A stretch of 64,000 nt of DNA from Trueperaceae bacterium (GTDB taxonomy: Bacteria; Deinococcota; Deinococci; Deinococcales; Trueperaceae): contig JAXHNB010000001.1 in NCBI GenBank assembly GCA_034520945.1, positions 192,001 to 256,000 on the forward strand. The letters run 5' to 3'. The first letter of the stretch is position 1; the number at the start of each line of letters is the position of its first letter. A program made the position numbers and the translations under genes. A model generated the notes under the pieces. That model saw nothing but the letters and a program-made list of their open reading frames with translations. It was not told where the DNA came from and searched no databases. This document shows positions 31,249 to 40,859 of this stretch, piece after piece.

Positions 31249-31935
31249 ATGATGTCGCGCCTTCCCTCCTACGCCTCTCGTGCCGGCCGGCGGCTCGGCG
31301 CCTCGCTGCGGGCGCCGTGGTTCTACCTGCGGCTGGCGCAGTTCCTGCTGGGCTTGACCGCCATGGGCCTCGGCCTGGCGGTGATGCTGGAGGCGGGCGT
31401 GGGCGTCGGTCCATGGGCGGTGTTCCACGAGGGCCTGGCCCGTGTCACGCCGCTCACCTTCGGCCAAGCGCTGGTGGCGGTCGGGGTGGTGGTGTTGTCG
31501 CTGGCGTGGTGGTGGACCGGGCAGCGGCCCGGCCCGGGCACCTTCGTGAACATGGTGATGGTGGGCCCATGGGTGGACGTGTTCCGCGCCAGTGGATGGG
31601 TGCCCAGCCCCACGGAGTTTCTGCCGGGGGTGGCGCAGTTCCTGATCGGCGTGGTCATTCTCGGGACGGCATCCGGCATGTACATCACCGCCCGCTTCGG
31701 GGCCGGCCCGCGCGACGGGTTCGTGCTGGGCCTCTCCCGCCTGCTGGGACGATCGGTGCGGCGTACGCGTACCTACCTGGAGATCGCGGTGTTGGCGATC
31801 GGCTTCCTGCTCGGCGGCACGGTCGGGATCGGCACCGCGCTGTTCGCCATGACGATCGGGCCCTCGATGCAGTTCTCGATGTGGGCGTTCACGCAGGCGA
31901 TGCCGCGCGCGCCCCGGCCGGCCGCCGGCGACTGA
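31249..31935 (+). CDS. YczE/YyaS/YitT family membrane protein
   Basis: GVGPWAVFHEGL, G-x-G-T, GAGPRDG and GGTVGIGT motifs. Confidence 0.88.
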   Translation: MMSRLPSYASRAGRRLGASLRAPWFYLRLAQFLLGLTAMGLGLAVMLEAGVGVGPWAVFHEGLARVTPLTFGQALVAVGVVVLSLAWWWTGQRPGPGTFVNMVMVGPWVDVFRASGWVPSPTEFLPGVAQFLIGVVILGTASGMYITARFGAGPRDGFVLGLSRLLGRSVRRTRTYLEIAVLAIGFLLGGTVGIGTALFAMTIGPSMQFSMWAFTQAMPRAPRPAAGD

Positions 31936-31937
31936 GC

Positions 31938-32501
31938 TCAGCCCACCGGTTCGGGCTCCATGCCCGTGGCGACCACGGTGCCTTGGTCCACGGCCAGGCG
32001 GACCCGCGGCAACGGGAACACGGCCGGGCCCGCCACCGCGCGTCCCGCGCGTTCCGGGTCGAACACGCTGAGGTGGCAGGGGCAGACCAGGCTCGGGCCG
32101 TCCGCGCGGTAGTTGAACGCGAACGCGATCGCCTCCAGGTCGCGGTTCAACGACACCGTGCATTGCTGGTGGGTGCACACCCGGCTGAACGCCGCCAAAT
32201 GAACGTCGTCCCTCGGCGTGATCCCGCCGGAGATCGGGGCCGGCAGGCGCACGGCCAGCGCCGGCGTGCCTTCGTAGCGAAACGGCGTTGCCGCCCAGGC
32301 GGCCCCGAACGACGCCAGCGGCCCCACCCGCACCGGCGGGCCGTCCCGGAACCGCGGCTCGGCTCGGGGGGGCCGCTTGAAGAAGTGCGTGCGGATGGCT
32401 TCGTAGGCGCCCCACGCCCCGCCCCCCAGCGCCAGGAGCACCGGCAGGCGCCACAGCCACGCGGTCGCCCGGCGGCGCTGGGGGTCCGGCGGACCGCTCA
32501 C
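31938..32501 (-). CDS. Rieske [2Fe-2S] protein, membrane-anchored/Tat-like
   Basis: CTHQQC and CPCHLSVF boxes, GPAxxPLP; N-terminal RRR followed by a hydrophobic helix. Confidence 0.9.
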   Translation of the reverse strand: MSGPPDPQRRRATAWLWRLPVLLALGGGAWGAYEAIRTHFFKRPPRAEPRFRDGPPVRVGPLASFGAAWAATPFRYEGTPALAVRLPAPISGGITPRDDVHLAAFSRVCTHQQCTVSLNRDLEAIAFAFNYRADGPSLVCPCHLSVFDPERAGRAVAGPAVFPLPRVRLAVDQGTVVATGMEPEPVG

Positions 32502-34102
32502 GGCCCGAAGGTGGCGACGACGTAGTCGCGCAGGACCTCGATCTCACCCTCGGAGAGGGAGGCCGCGAAGCCCGGCATGGTGCCACGGCCGAAGCGGATC
32601 AGACTCTCCACGTTGGCGGGCCGGCCGGCGTTGCGGTTGCCGCTCAGGCGCGGCCCGATCCCGCCGCCGCCGTCCTGCCCGTGGCATTCGGCGCAGTTCT
32701 CGGCGAAGAGGCGGGCGCCTCGGGGTTCGCCTTCTGCGCGTGGGCCGAGATCCTCCCCGTTGCCCGGCCCGGCCTCGGGGGCGGGACTGGGCGCGCCGCC
32801 GGCCCCGGGCACGCCCGGACGGGGGAGCGATACGTCCGCCCGGGCCGCGTCGCCGTCGCGCAGGGCCCGCGCCCGCTCGATCAGCCCGGGCACGCGCCCC
32901 GGATCGTCGGTGCGGCGTAGGTGGTCCTCCCAGGCGTCGATGGCCAGGTCGTAGTCTTCGGCGCTGAACGCGGCGTTGCCGAGGAATAACAGTGCGTTCT
33001 CCGGCAGGGGCGCCAGTCGGCCCTGGGCGGCGTCGCGGGCGCGCGACAGCATGGCCAACGCGTCGTCGTTGCGGTCGCTCAGGAACAGCAGTTCGCCGAC
33101 CCGGGCCAGGGCGGTGGGGTGTTCGGGGTCGAACTCTCTCAGCACGCGCAGGTAGGCGTCGGCGGCCAGGCTGCGGGCGTCGGCCGCCCACAACGCCTCG
33201 GCGAGGGCCAGCTGGTTCGCCAGGGTGGGCTCGGCGTCGACCGCCTCGGCGCGGGCCGTGATCTCGTCCAGTTGCGCGAGGCGCTCCTCCACCGCGGCGT
33301 CGCCCGCGCCCTCCTCGGTGGCGGCCAGATCGGCGTAGGCCTGGCGCGCCGCGGCGTAGTCACCGGTCGCGAAGTACAGCTCGCCCAGGGTGCCGAGCGT
33401 ATTCGGATCCTGAGGCGCCCGCGTACGAGCCTGCTCCAACAGCACGCGCGCACGCTCCATGTCCTCCCGAAGCGCCAGCAGCCCCAGGCGTTGGTAGGCG
33501 CGGGCCGGCGCGTCGTCGTGCTCCTCCACCGCCGTCCGATAGGCCTCTTCCGCGCCGTCCGCGTCCTCCAGGCGCCAGTAGGCGTCGCCGAGCGCCGCCC
33601 ACGTCTCGCCGCTGGGGGCGGCCTGGGCCGCCTGCCGCAGGTCACGGATGCGTTCGGCCGCATCGAGGTCCTCCTGGAACGCCGTCGTGAGCGTCCCCTG
33701 CCCGACGCGGGGCAGCACGTACCCGCCCAGCGTCGCCGCGATCCCGACCGAGACGGCCAGCAGCCCGACCAGGCCCCAGGGGGCGCGCCTCGTCGGTGCC
33801 GCGGCGCGGGGTTGCCAGCGACCCTCGAGCTCCGCGCGGCGTTCGTCCAGGGCGCGTAGCACCTTGGCGGCCTTGGCTTCGTAGCGGGCGCGCAACTCGC
33901 TGCGTCGCGCGTCGCTCAGGTCGTGGCGGGCGTCCAGTTCACGGATGGCGGCCAGCAGGGCGTCGCGCTCCTCCTCCAGGTCCTGCAGAAGGGGGTCGCG
34001 CTCGTCGGGCAGCGGATCGGCCTGGCCCGGCACCGCCAAGGGCAGCAGGATCAACGCCGCCAGCGCCAGCGCCAGCAGCGCGATCAGGACAGCCGTCATC
34101 AC
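32498..34102 (-). CDS. ccmI: CcmI/CycH-like TPR protein fused to a C-terminal class I cytochrome c
   Basis: N-terminal TM, IRELD...LRARYE loop, second TM, TPRs; C-terminal CAECH, GPRL and GRGTMPGF. Confidence 0.8.
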   Translation of the reverse strand: MMTAVLIALLALALAALILLPLAVPGQADPLPDERDPLLQDLEEERDALLAAIRELDARHDLSDARRSELRARYEAKAAKVLRALDERRAELEGRWQPRAAAPTRRAPWGLVGLLAVSVGIAATLGGYVLPRVGQGTLTTAFQEDLDAAERIRDLRQAAQAAPSGETWAALGDAYWRLEDADGAEEAYRTAVEEHDDAPARAYQRLGLLALREDMERARVLLEQARTRAPQDPNTLGTLGELYFATGDYAAARQAYADLAATEEGAGDAAVEERLAQLDEITARAEAVDAEPTLANQLALAEALWAADARSLAADAYLRVLREFDPEHPTALARVGELLFLSDRNDDALAMLSRARDAAQGRLAPLPENALLFLGNAAFSAEDYDLAIDAWEDHLRRTDDPGRVPGLIERARALRDGDAARADVSLPRPGVPGAGGAPSPAPEAGPGNGEDLGPRAEGEPRGARLFAENCAECHGQDGGGGIGPRLSGNRNAGRPANVESLIRFGRGTMPGFAASLSEGEIEVLRDYVVATFGP

Positions 34103-34608
34103 CGCTCCTCACGCTCCTCGTCGGACGCGATCAGCGCGGCGCGGACGCGCGCGCGTTCCTCCTCCGGCGGGGCCTCCTGCTGCGCCTGTGCCCGCGCGAC
34201 CCGCGTCCAGCGCACCACCAACAACGTCAGGCCGCCCGCCCCCGCCGCCAGCGCGATCCCTGGGAGCCACCACACCCACAGGTGAATCCCGCGCCGCGGC
34301 GGCTCCAGCAGGATCCAATCCCCGTAGCGTTCCTGGAAGAACGCCAGGATCTCCGCCTCGCTGCGGCCCGCCTGAAGCTGCTCCTGGATCTGGTCCCGCA
34401 TCTGGATCGAGATGCGCGCGCTGGAGTCCGCCACCGACTCCGACACGCAGGTGGGGCAGCGCAGCTGGCGGGCGATCTCGAACACGCGGGACTCGAGCTG
34501 CACCTCGCCGGACCCGGCGGACGCGCCTTGTTGCGCGCGCACCTCTGGAGCGGCCACCAGCGCCAGGCACGCCACCGCCACCGCCAGCCACATCGGGCGA
34601 AGCACCAT
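34099..34608 (-). CDS. ccmH: Cytochrome c biogenesis protein CcmH
   Basis: LRCPTC, SVADS and ERYGDWILLEP motifs. Confidence 0.93.
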   Translation of the reverse strand: MVLRPMWLAVAVACLALVAAPEVRAQQGASAGSGEVQLESRVFEIARQLRCPTCVSESVADSSARISIQMRDQIQEQLQAGRSEAEILAFFQERYGDWILLEPPRRGIHLWVWWLPGIALAAGAGGLTLLVVRWTRVARAQAQQEAPPEEERARVRAALIASDEEREER

Positions 34609-35153
34609 CACGAGTCCCGCAGCGCGGCGAGCTTCTCTTCGAGGATCTCCGGGCCGACGGGCCCGGTGTGCTTGTACATCAGGGTGCCGTCCCGACGAAT
34701 GAAGAACGTCTCGGGCACCCCGAACAGGCCGAACTCGATCGAGGCGCGGCTGTCGTCGTCGATGACGTTCGGGAAGCTCAACCCGAACTGATCGAGGAAG
34801 GCCCGCCCCTCCTGGCGTTTGCCGCGGTCCTGCGTTTGGACGCCGATGAACGTCACCGCGTCCCGGTGCCGTTCCCACGCCGCCTGAAGGTCCGGCGCCT
34901 CCTCGTAGCACGGGCCGCACCAGGACGCCCAGAAGTTGACGACCAGGGGACGCTCGCCCAGCAGCTCCTCCAGGTCCAGGCGCGGTCCGTACTCCGCCTG
35001 GTACCGCGGGTACAGCGGCAGGTCGATCGCGGGCATGGGCCGGTCCAGCCGCGCGCTCTCGATGTTCCGGTTCGGCTCGCCGCGGAGCAGTCCGAACAGG
35101 AACAACCCCGCCAGCACCGCGGCCACGGTGAACACCAGCGCCAGGCGCCTCAC
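34608..35153 (-). CDS. ccmG: Thiol:disulfide oxidoreductase CcmG/TlpA
   Basis: VNFWASWCGPC, GVPETFFI and an N-terminal membrane anchor. Confidence 0.92.
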   Translation of the reverse strand: MRRLALVFTVAAVLAGLFLFGLLRGEPNRNIESARLDRPMPAIDLPLYPRYQAEYGPRLDLEELLGERPLVVNFWASWCGPCYEEAPDLQAAWERHRDAVTFIGVQTQDRGKRQEGRAFLDQFGLSFPNVIDDDSRASIEFGLFGVPETFFIRRDGTLMYKHTGPVGPEILEEKLAALRDS

Positions 35154-37156
35154 GCCTCGGCCCTCCCGGACGCTTCGGCCCGCTGGCGGGCCGGCGCGGG
35201 ACGGCCGCTGGGCGAGAGCGCGTACCCCGTGCCCAGCACAATGATCAGGCCGCCCACCCAGATCCAGGTGACCAAGGGGCTGCGCACCGCGCGCAGCACC
35301 ACGAAGTCGCTTTCGGGGCCGACGTTGCTGGCGATGTTCAGGTACAGGTCGAACATCGGCCGGTACATCACGGCCGGCGTGGGCACCGTCTGCTGCTGGC
35401 CTTCGAACACGTTCACCCGCGGCCGCAGCGTGGTCACCTCGCGCCCGTCACGGGTCACCTCGATGACGGCGCCAGAGCTGATCCGCTGCGGGGTCCGCTC
35501 CATGAAGCGATCATTGGCGTGCAACTCGAAGCCCTGAAACGCCGCGCTGCCGCCGAAGTCGATGCGGATCTGCTGATCCACCCGGTAGGCACTGCTGCCC
35601 ATGATGCCCAGCGCGATCACCACAACGCCGAGGTGCACCACCATGCTTCCGAAGCGCCGCCGGTTCTCGTAGGCGTACGCGCGCAGCACCTGCACCGTCC
35701 CCTGGCTGCCCAGACGCACGCGCGGTGCGACGGCGCCGTAGATCAACAGGAACAGGCTCACCAGGTTCCACGCCGCGAGCCCCACCGTCAACAGTGGGTA
35801 GACCTCGCGCATGCCGAGGAGCCAGGCGGTGGCCGCCACCGCGACGCCGGCACCGCCCATCCAGGCCAGGTTGTGCCGTATGCGCTGGTCGGGCGTGCGG
35901 CGCCAGGGAAGCAACGGCCCGATTCCCATCAGGAGCAACAACCCCATCCACAGCGGGAGGCTGGCCTGGTCGAAGAACGGGGCGCCGACCGTGACCTTGT
36001 CGCCGCTGACGGCCTCGACCGCCAAGGGAAACAGCGTGCCCAGCAGCACCGCGAACGCCATGGCCAGGAACAGCACGTTGCCAGCCAGGAACGACCCCTC
36101 GCGGCTGATGGGATGGTCCAGGTCGGCACGGTCGCGAATCTGATCCCACCGCAACGCCACCAGCCCCAGCGCCACCAGGATCACCAGCAGGAAGAACGCC
36201 AGAAACACCGGCCCGACCGGGCCGTCGCCGAAGGCGTGGACGCTGCTGACCACGCCGCTGCGCGTCAGGAAGGTCCCCAGGATCGACAGCGAGAAGGTCA
36301 GCACGATCAACAGCAGGTTCCACGCCTTCAACATGCGACGCCGCTCCTGGACCTGCACGCTGTGAATGAAGGCGGTGGCGGTCAGCCAGGGCAAGAAACT
36401 GACGTTTTCGACGGGATCCCAGGCCCAGTAGCCGCCCCACCCCAGCACCTCGTAGCTCCACCAGCCGCCGGCTATGACCGCGGCGGTCAGGAAGCCCCAC
36501 CCGACCAGCGTCCAGCGGCGCGTGAGCGACATCCACTCGCTGCCCGGCCGCTTGGTAATGAGGGCCGCCATGGCGTACGCGAACGGCACGGTCAACCCCA
36601 CGAACCCCAGGTACATCAGGAAGGGATGGACCGCCATCATCCAGTGGTTCTGCAGCAGCGGGTTCGGCCCCGGCCCGTTGGCGGGCGGATTGGCCAGCAC
36701 GGCGAACGGCGGCGCGATCACGGCCGGGACCAGCACGAAGAAGGTCTGCACCCCCGCCATCACGGTCAGCGCCCAGGTGCGCAGCGGCGTGTTGGGGGCC
36801 ACCACGGCCAGCAGCGCCCAGTAGCCGGAAAGGAGCCACCCCCACAACAGCAGCGAGCCCTCCAGGGCCGCCCACAGCGTCACCACCTTCACCCAGATCG
36901 GCGCCCCCGCCCGCGACGTCTCCGCCACGTACGACACGCTGAAATCGTCGGTGAGCAGCGCGACCTCCATCACCGCGACCGACGCGGTCATCGCCAGAAA
37001 GGTCGCGACGGCGGCCAGCCGCGCCGAGGTCCGCAGCCGCGCGTCGCGCCGCCAGGCTCCGATCGCGCCGGCGACCAGGCCCCAGGCGGAGAACGCCAGC
37101 GCGAGGAGCAGCGCGGCGCCGCCCAAGGGCCCCAGTTCCAGACCGAGCGGGTTCAT
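35150..37156 (-). CDS. ccmF: Heme lyase CcmF
   Basis: WAALEGS, NPLLQ, WSYEVLGWGGYWAWDPVEN and SVHAF motifs. Confidence 0.97.
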   Translation of the reverse strand: MNPLGLELGPLGGAALLLALAFSAWGLVAGAIGAWRRDARLRTSARLAAVATFLAMTASVAVMEVALLTDDFSVSYVAETSRAGAPIWVKVVTLWAALEGSLLLWGWLLSGYWALLAVVAPNTPLRTWALTVMAGVQTFFVLVPAVIAPPFAVLANPPANGPGPNPLLQNHWMMAVHPFLMYLGFVGLTVPFAYAMAALITKRPGSEWMSLTRRWTLVGWGFLTAAVIAGGWWSYEVLGWGGYWAWDPVENVSFLPWLTATAFIHSVQVQERRRMLKAWNLLLIVLTFSLSILGTFLTRSGVVSSVHAFGDGPVGPVFLAFFLLVILVALGLVALRWDQIRDRADLDHPISREGSFLAGNVLFLAMAFAVLLGTLFPLAVEAVSGDKVTVGAPFFDQASLPLWMGLLLLMGIGPLLPWRRTPDQRIRHNLAWMGGAGVAVAATAWLLGMREVYPLLTVGLAAWNLVSLFLLIYGAVAPRVRLGSQGTVQVLRAYAYENRRRFGSMVVHLGVVVIALGIMGSSAYRVDQQIRIDFGGSAAFQGFELHANDRFMERTPQRISSGAVIEVTRDGREVTTLRPRVNVFEGQQQTVPTPAVMYRPMFDLYLNIASNVGPESDFVVLRAVRSPLVTWIWVGGLIIVLGTGYALSPSGRPAPARQRAEASGRAEA

Positions 37157-37581
37157 TGCAGCGTGTCCTTCAACTCGTCGACGTCGATCGGTTCGCCGTC
37201 CTTCGGCGCCTCGTACACTTCGCTGTGCTTGACCAGGAGGGTGTCCGACACGAAGGTGCCGTTCTCGAAGCGTCCCTCGACCACCACGCCGGTGTTCTCC
37301 TGGAACAGCTCGGGCGGGGCGCCGCTGTGACGGACGGGGTAGGTCGCGATGGTGTCGGTCACGTCGAACGCCAACACCAGGTCTTCACCGTCGAACGCCA
37401 CGCTGCCCTCTCGCACGATCCCACCGAGGCGCATGCGACGTTGGCTGTCCTGCGCGACCTCCTGCTGGACCTCGTTGGGGAGCACGAAGTAGACCAGCGA
37501 TTCGGTGAGGGCCCGGCTGATCATGAAGCCGGCCAGGCCCAGCACCGCCAGGCCCAGAACCGCGTACAGCCAGCGGCTCAT
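37153..37581 (-). CDS. ccmE: Heme chaperone CcmE
   Basis: RLGG, PELF, GVVVEG and heme-binding KHSEVY; start at ATG 37581. Confidence 0.94.
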   Translation of the reverse strand: MSRWLYAVLGLAVLGLAGFMISRALTESLVYFVLPNEVQQEVAQDSQRRMRLGGIVREGSVAFDGEDLVLAFDVTDTIATYPVRHSGAPPELFQENTGVVVEGRFENGTFVSDTLLVKHSEVYEAPKDGEPIDVDELKDTLQ

Positions 37582-37709
37582 GAGGGGTCCTCCCTTCGAA
37601 CGGCGCGACGTGCGCGCCACGCCAGGTACGTGAGATACAAGGCGTACGCCGCGGCCAGTTCGAACCAGGCCGCGGCCACCCAGGCCCAGGGGCCCCAGGA
37701 CTCAAACAC
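37578..37709 (-). CDS. ccmD: CcmD-like small membrane protein (43 aa; absent from the ORF track)
   Basis: Hand-translated MFESWGPWAWVAAAWFELAAAYALYLTYLAWRARRAVRREDPS: one TM plus a basic tail, overlapping the ccmC end and the ccmE start. Confidence 0.8.
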   Translation of the reverse strand: MFESWGPWAWVAAAWFELAAAYALYLTYLAWRARRAVRREDPS

Positions 37710-38430
37710 GGACGACCTCCGATTCGCGTCCCGGCGGCTCGTCACGAGCCGCGTCGCGTCGAGACTCCAATAGCGCGATCCGCGTCCGCTCCAATAGCAG
37801 GAACGCGAACGCCAACGCCGCCGCGCCCACGTTGAACAACAGGACGCGCAGCATGGTCGGATCCATCGTCACCCCACCGCCGGTGAGATCGATGGACTTG
37901 GCGGGATGCAAGGTACGGAACCACTCCGCCGCCAGGTAGTTCAGCGGCAGGCTGGCCAGCACCACGATCATGATCACGGCACTCACGCGGCCACGCCGCA
38001 CGGGATCGTCGACCAGACCCCGCACGATGAAGTAGCCCGCCAACAGCGCCACCATCAGCGCCGTCAGCGTCAGCTTGGCATCCCACGTCCAGAAGGTGTT
38101 CAGGGTCGGCTTGCTGTACGTCATGCCGCCCACGATCGTCAGCACCCCGAACAGCAAGGCGCCCTCCGCCGCCGCGACCGCGACCGCGTCCGCAGCCCGG
38201 CGGCCCCGCCACAGGAACGCCATCGCGGCGACGGCCGACACGCCGACGGCCAGGAACCCCACCCAAGCGACCGAGACGTGGGCGTACATCACACGAATCA
38301 ACTGGCCCTGGTTCACGTCCGGCGGACTGACGCGCAACGCCAGCCACGCGCCGACCAGCGTCGCCGCCACGGCGGCCAGACCGAGCGCGGATAGCCACCA
38401 AGGTCGCGGAACGGTCTCGGCCTGCTTCAT
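37702..38430 (-). CDS. ccmC: Heme exporter CcmC
   Basis: YAHV, tryptophan-rich KPTLNTFWTWDAKLT and TLHP motifs. Confidence 0.93.
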   Translation of the reverse strand: MKQAETVPRPWWLSALGLAAVAATLVGAWLALRVSPPDVNQGQLIRVMYAHVSVAWVGFLAVGVSAVAAMAFLWRGRRAADAVAVAAAEGALLFGVLTIVGGMTYSKPTLNTFWTWDAKLTLTALMVALLAGYFIVRGLVDDPVRRGRVSAVIMIVVLASLPLNYLAAEWFRTLHPAKSIDLTGGGVTMDPTMLRVLLFNVGAAALAFAFLLLERTRIALLESRRDAARDEPPGRESEVVRV

Positions 38431-38565
38431 GCGGGACCTCCTTCGCGTTTCACGGTCGCCGCGCGGCAGATGCGGGCGGGCACGACCGAGGGGACAAAGG
38501 GAGAAGGGTCGACCCCGACCCGGCCGGGGAGATCGAAGAACGGTGGGGCCGGGGACCGGGGCACG

Positions 38566-39243
38566 TCACTCCTCGACGACGAAGTGAAAGATGGCGCTGG
38601 TGACGACCAGGTACACGAGGTCGAACCCTGCCAGCAACTGTACCCACGCGCCGGACAGGGCGAGGTCGCCCGAGCGTACGATCGCGTCGGTTGAGCGGAC
38701 CGCCGCCAGCAGGACCGGAACCACCACCGGAAACGTCAATACGGGAAGCAGCGACTCGCGGGCGTGGAGGTTGGCGGTGAGGGCGGCGTAGAAGCCGGCG
38801 ATCGTCGCGAACCCCAGCGTGCCCAGCGCCACGGTCAAAACCAGCAGGCCGTAGCCCGCCCCGATCGGCGCGTCATACAGCACCGCCACGAACGGCAGCA
38901 GCACCAGGCCCAGCACCGTCATCGCGATCCAGTTGGCCGCCAGCTTGCCGAGGAACAGCGCCGCCCGCGGCACCGGCAGCGTGAGCAACTGCTCGTACGC
39001 CCCCTCGTGCAGGTCGCTCTGGTAGCCCTGTGCCGCCGTGATGACGCCGGAGAACGCCAACGCGATCCACAGCGCGCCGGGCGCCGCGCTGGTGAGCAGG
39101 GACTGCTCGCGCCCCAGCGCGAACGCCAGCACCACGAGCGTCACGCTGGAGAAGAACACCGTCGCCACGGTGGCGGCGCGGCTGCGCAGCTCGCTGCGGA
39201 CGTCCTTGTGGGCGACGGCCAGCATGGCGCGTAGGTCGTTCAC
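38566..39243 (-). CDS. ccmB: Heme exporter permease CcmB
   Basis: KDVRSELRSR, PGALW and LLPVLTFP motifs; GTG start overlaps the ccmA stop. Confidence 0.92.
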   Translation of the reverse strand: MNDLRAMLAVAHKDVRSELRSRAATVATVFFSSVTLVVLAFALGREQSLLTSAAPGALWIALAFSGVITAAQGYQSDLHEGAYEQLLTLPVPRAALFLGKLAANWIAMTVLGLVLLPFVAVLYDAPIGAGYGLLVLTVALGTLGFATIAGFYAALTANLHARESLLPVLTFPVVVPVLLAAVRSTDAIVRSGDLALSGAWVQLLAGFDLVYLVVTSAIFHFVVEE

Positions 39244-39926
39244 GGCTCGGCCTTCGACAATCGGCCCTGGTCCAACGTCAGCTGGGCGTCCACCAGCGGC
39301 GCGATCCGCTCGGCTTCGTGGCTGGCCAGCAGCACAGTGCGTCCCTCGCGCCCTGCCTGGCGCAGCATGGCGTCGACCAGGTCCCGCCCGTCCTCGTCCA
39401 GCGAAGCGTAGGGCTCGTCCAGCAGCCACAACGGGGCGTCGGCAAGCAGCAACCGTGCCAGCCCCAGCCGCCGCTTCATGCCGCTCGAGAACACCCGCAC
39501 GGGGCGGTTCGCGTGCGCCTGCAACCCGACGCGCTCCAGGGCCCGGTCCACGCGCTCTCGAACCTCTCCGGGCGGCACGGACAGCAGCGTCGCGGCCAGG
39601 CGAAGATTCTCCGCGGCCGTCAACGGGCCGTGGCTGCCGCTCTGCACGCTGAGGTAGGCCATGCAGCGCCGCACCGCCGCCCCGCCTCGCACCACGTCGT
39701 GCCCGAACACGCGCGCGCGACCGGCGCTCGGCCGCAACCGGGTGGCCAGCACGCGCAGCAGCGTGGTCTTGCCGCTGCCGTTGCGGCCGCGCAACGCCAC
39801 CACCCTCCCCGCCGTCACCTGCAGCGACACGCCGCGCAGCACCGTCTCGGCGCCCCAGCGGCGCGTCAACCCCTCCAGCGCGATGGCGGGCGTCGGGGGC
39901 GTCGGGGCAGGGGCGGCCCGGCTCAC
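39240..39926 (-). CDS. ccmA: Heme exporter ATPase CcmA
   Basis: GRNGSGKT, FSSGMKRR and LWLLDEP motifs; GTG start overlaps the ccdA stop. Confidence 0.92.
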   Translation of the reverse strand: MSRAAPAPTPPTPAIALEGLTRRWGAETVLRGVSLQVTAGRVVALRGRNGSGKTTLLRVLATRLRPSAGRARVFGHDVVRGGAAVRRCMAYLSVQSGSHGPLTAAENLRLAATLLSVPPGEVRERVDRALERVGLQAHANRPVRVFSSGMKRRLGLARLLLADAPLWLLDEPYASLDEDGRDLVDAMLRQAGREGRTVLLASHEAERIAPLVDAQLTLDQGRLSKAEP

Positions 39927-40627
39927 AGCCGCGAGTACAGCCACTCGGGCGTGAAGCGCAGCAGGTAGTTGTTCAGGCGTGTGTACGTGCCGGTCACCAT
40001 CAGCACGCCGGCCACCACCAGCAGGCTGCCGGCGACGCGTTCCACCCACGGCATCCAACCGCGCACGCGGCGCGACATCCGCAGGAACGGCTCCAACGCC
40101 AGCGACGCCAGCAGGAACGGCACGGCCAGCCCGGCGGAGTACACCGCCAGCATGGTCACTCCCTGCCCGAGCGTCGCCTGGGCGCCCGCCATGGTGAGGA
40201 TGCCGCCCAGCACCGGCCCGATGCAGGGGGTCCAGCCCGCCGCGAACGCCATGCCCAGCAGCACGGCGCCCCATGGGGTGGTGGCGTCGTGGCGGGCCTG
40301 AACGCGGGTGTCGCGCATCAGCCACGGCAGACGAATCACGCCCAGCATCACCAGCCCGAACAGGATCACCAGCACGCCGCCCACCAGCGTCAGCTCGCTC
40401 CGATTGGCGCGCAGCAGCGAACCGAGCGCCGAGGCGGACGCCCCCAGCGCGATGAACACCAGTGAGAACCCCAGCACGAACAGCACGCTGTTCCGGATCA
40501 ACAACGCGCGGCCGGAGGCTCCGCTGCCGCCGACGTACGCCAGGTACGACGGCACCAGCGGCAGGACGCACGGCGACAGGAACGACAGCACGCCCGCCGA
40601 GAAGGCGAGGGTCAGCGTCGGCGTCAC
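39923..40627 (-). CDS. ccdA: Cytochrome c biogenesis protein CcdA
   Basis: AGVLSFLSPCVLPLVP and GWTPCIGPVLG motifs; start codon uncertain. Confidence 0.93.
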   Translation of the reverse strand: MTPTLTLAFSAGVLSFLSPCVLPLVPSYLAYVGGSGASGRALLIRNSVLFVLGFSLVFIALGASASALGSLLRANRSELTLVGGVLVILFGLVMLGVIRLPWLMRDTRVQARHDATTPWGAVLLGMAFAAGWTPCIGPVLGGILTMAGAQATLGQGVTMLAVYSAGLAVPFLLASLALEPFLRMSRRVRGWMPWVERVAGSLLVVAGVLMVTGTYTRLNNYLLRFTPEWLYSRL

Positions 40628-40723
40628 CAGCGGGCCACCAGGTCGATCGGAGCGAGGGAAGGGCAATGGACGGGCATCATGGACGAGTATCGAACGTATC
40701 GCGTCCACCGTGGCGATCATGTC

Positions 40724-40859
40724 GGACATTTGTCCTGAGCGGCGTGGCGTGGGGCGATCGTACGGGCGACCTCGGGCGTGCGCTGGGGTGGGGGCGATCG
40801 CGCGGGCGACCTTTGGGCGTGCGCGCGTTTTTCTGCCGATGTGCGCCACATGTGGCGCA
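40724..40859. promoter_or_regulatory. Palindromes and a 40-bp-period direct repeat in the ccdA/msrA divergent region
   Basis: GGACATTTGTCC (40724-40735); imperfect repeats at 40751-40783 and 40791-40824; perfect 18-bp palindrome TGCGCCACATGTGGCGCA (40842-40859). Confidence 0.5.
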
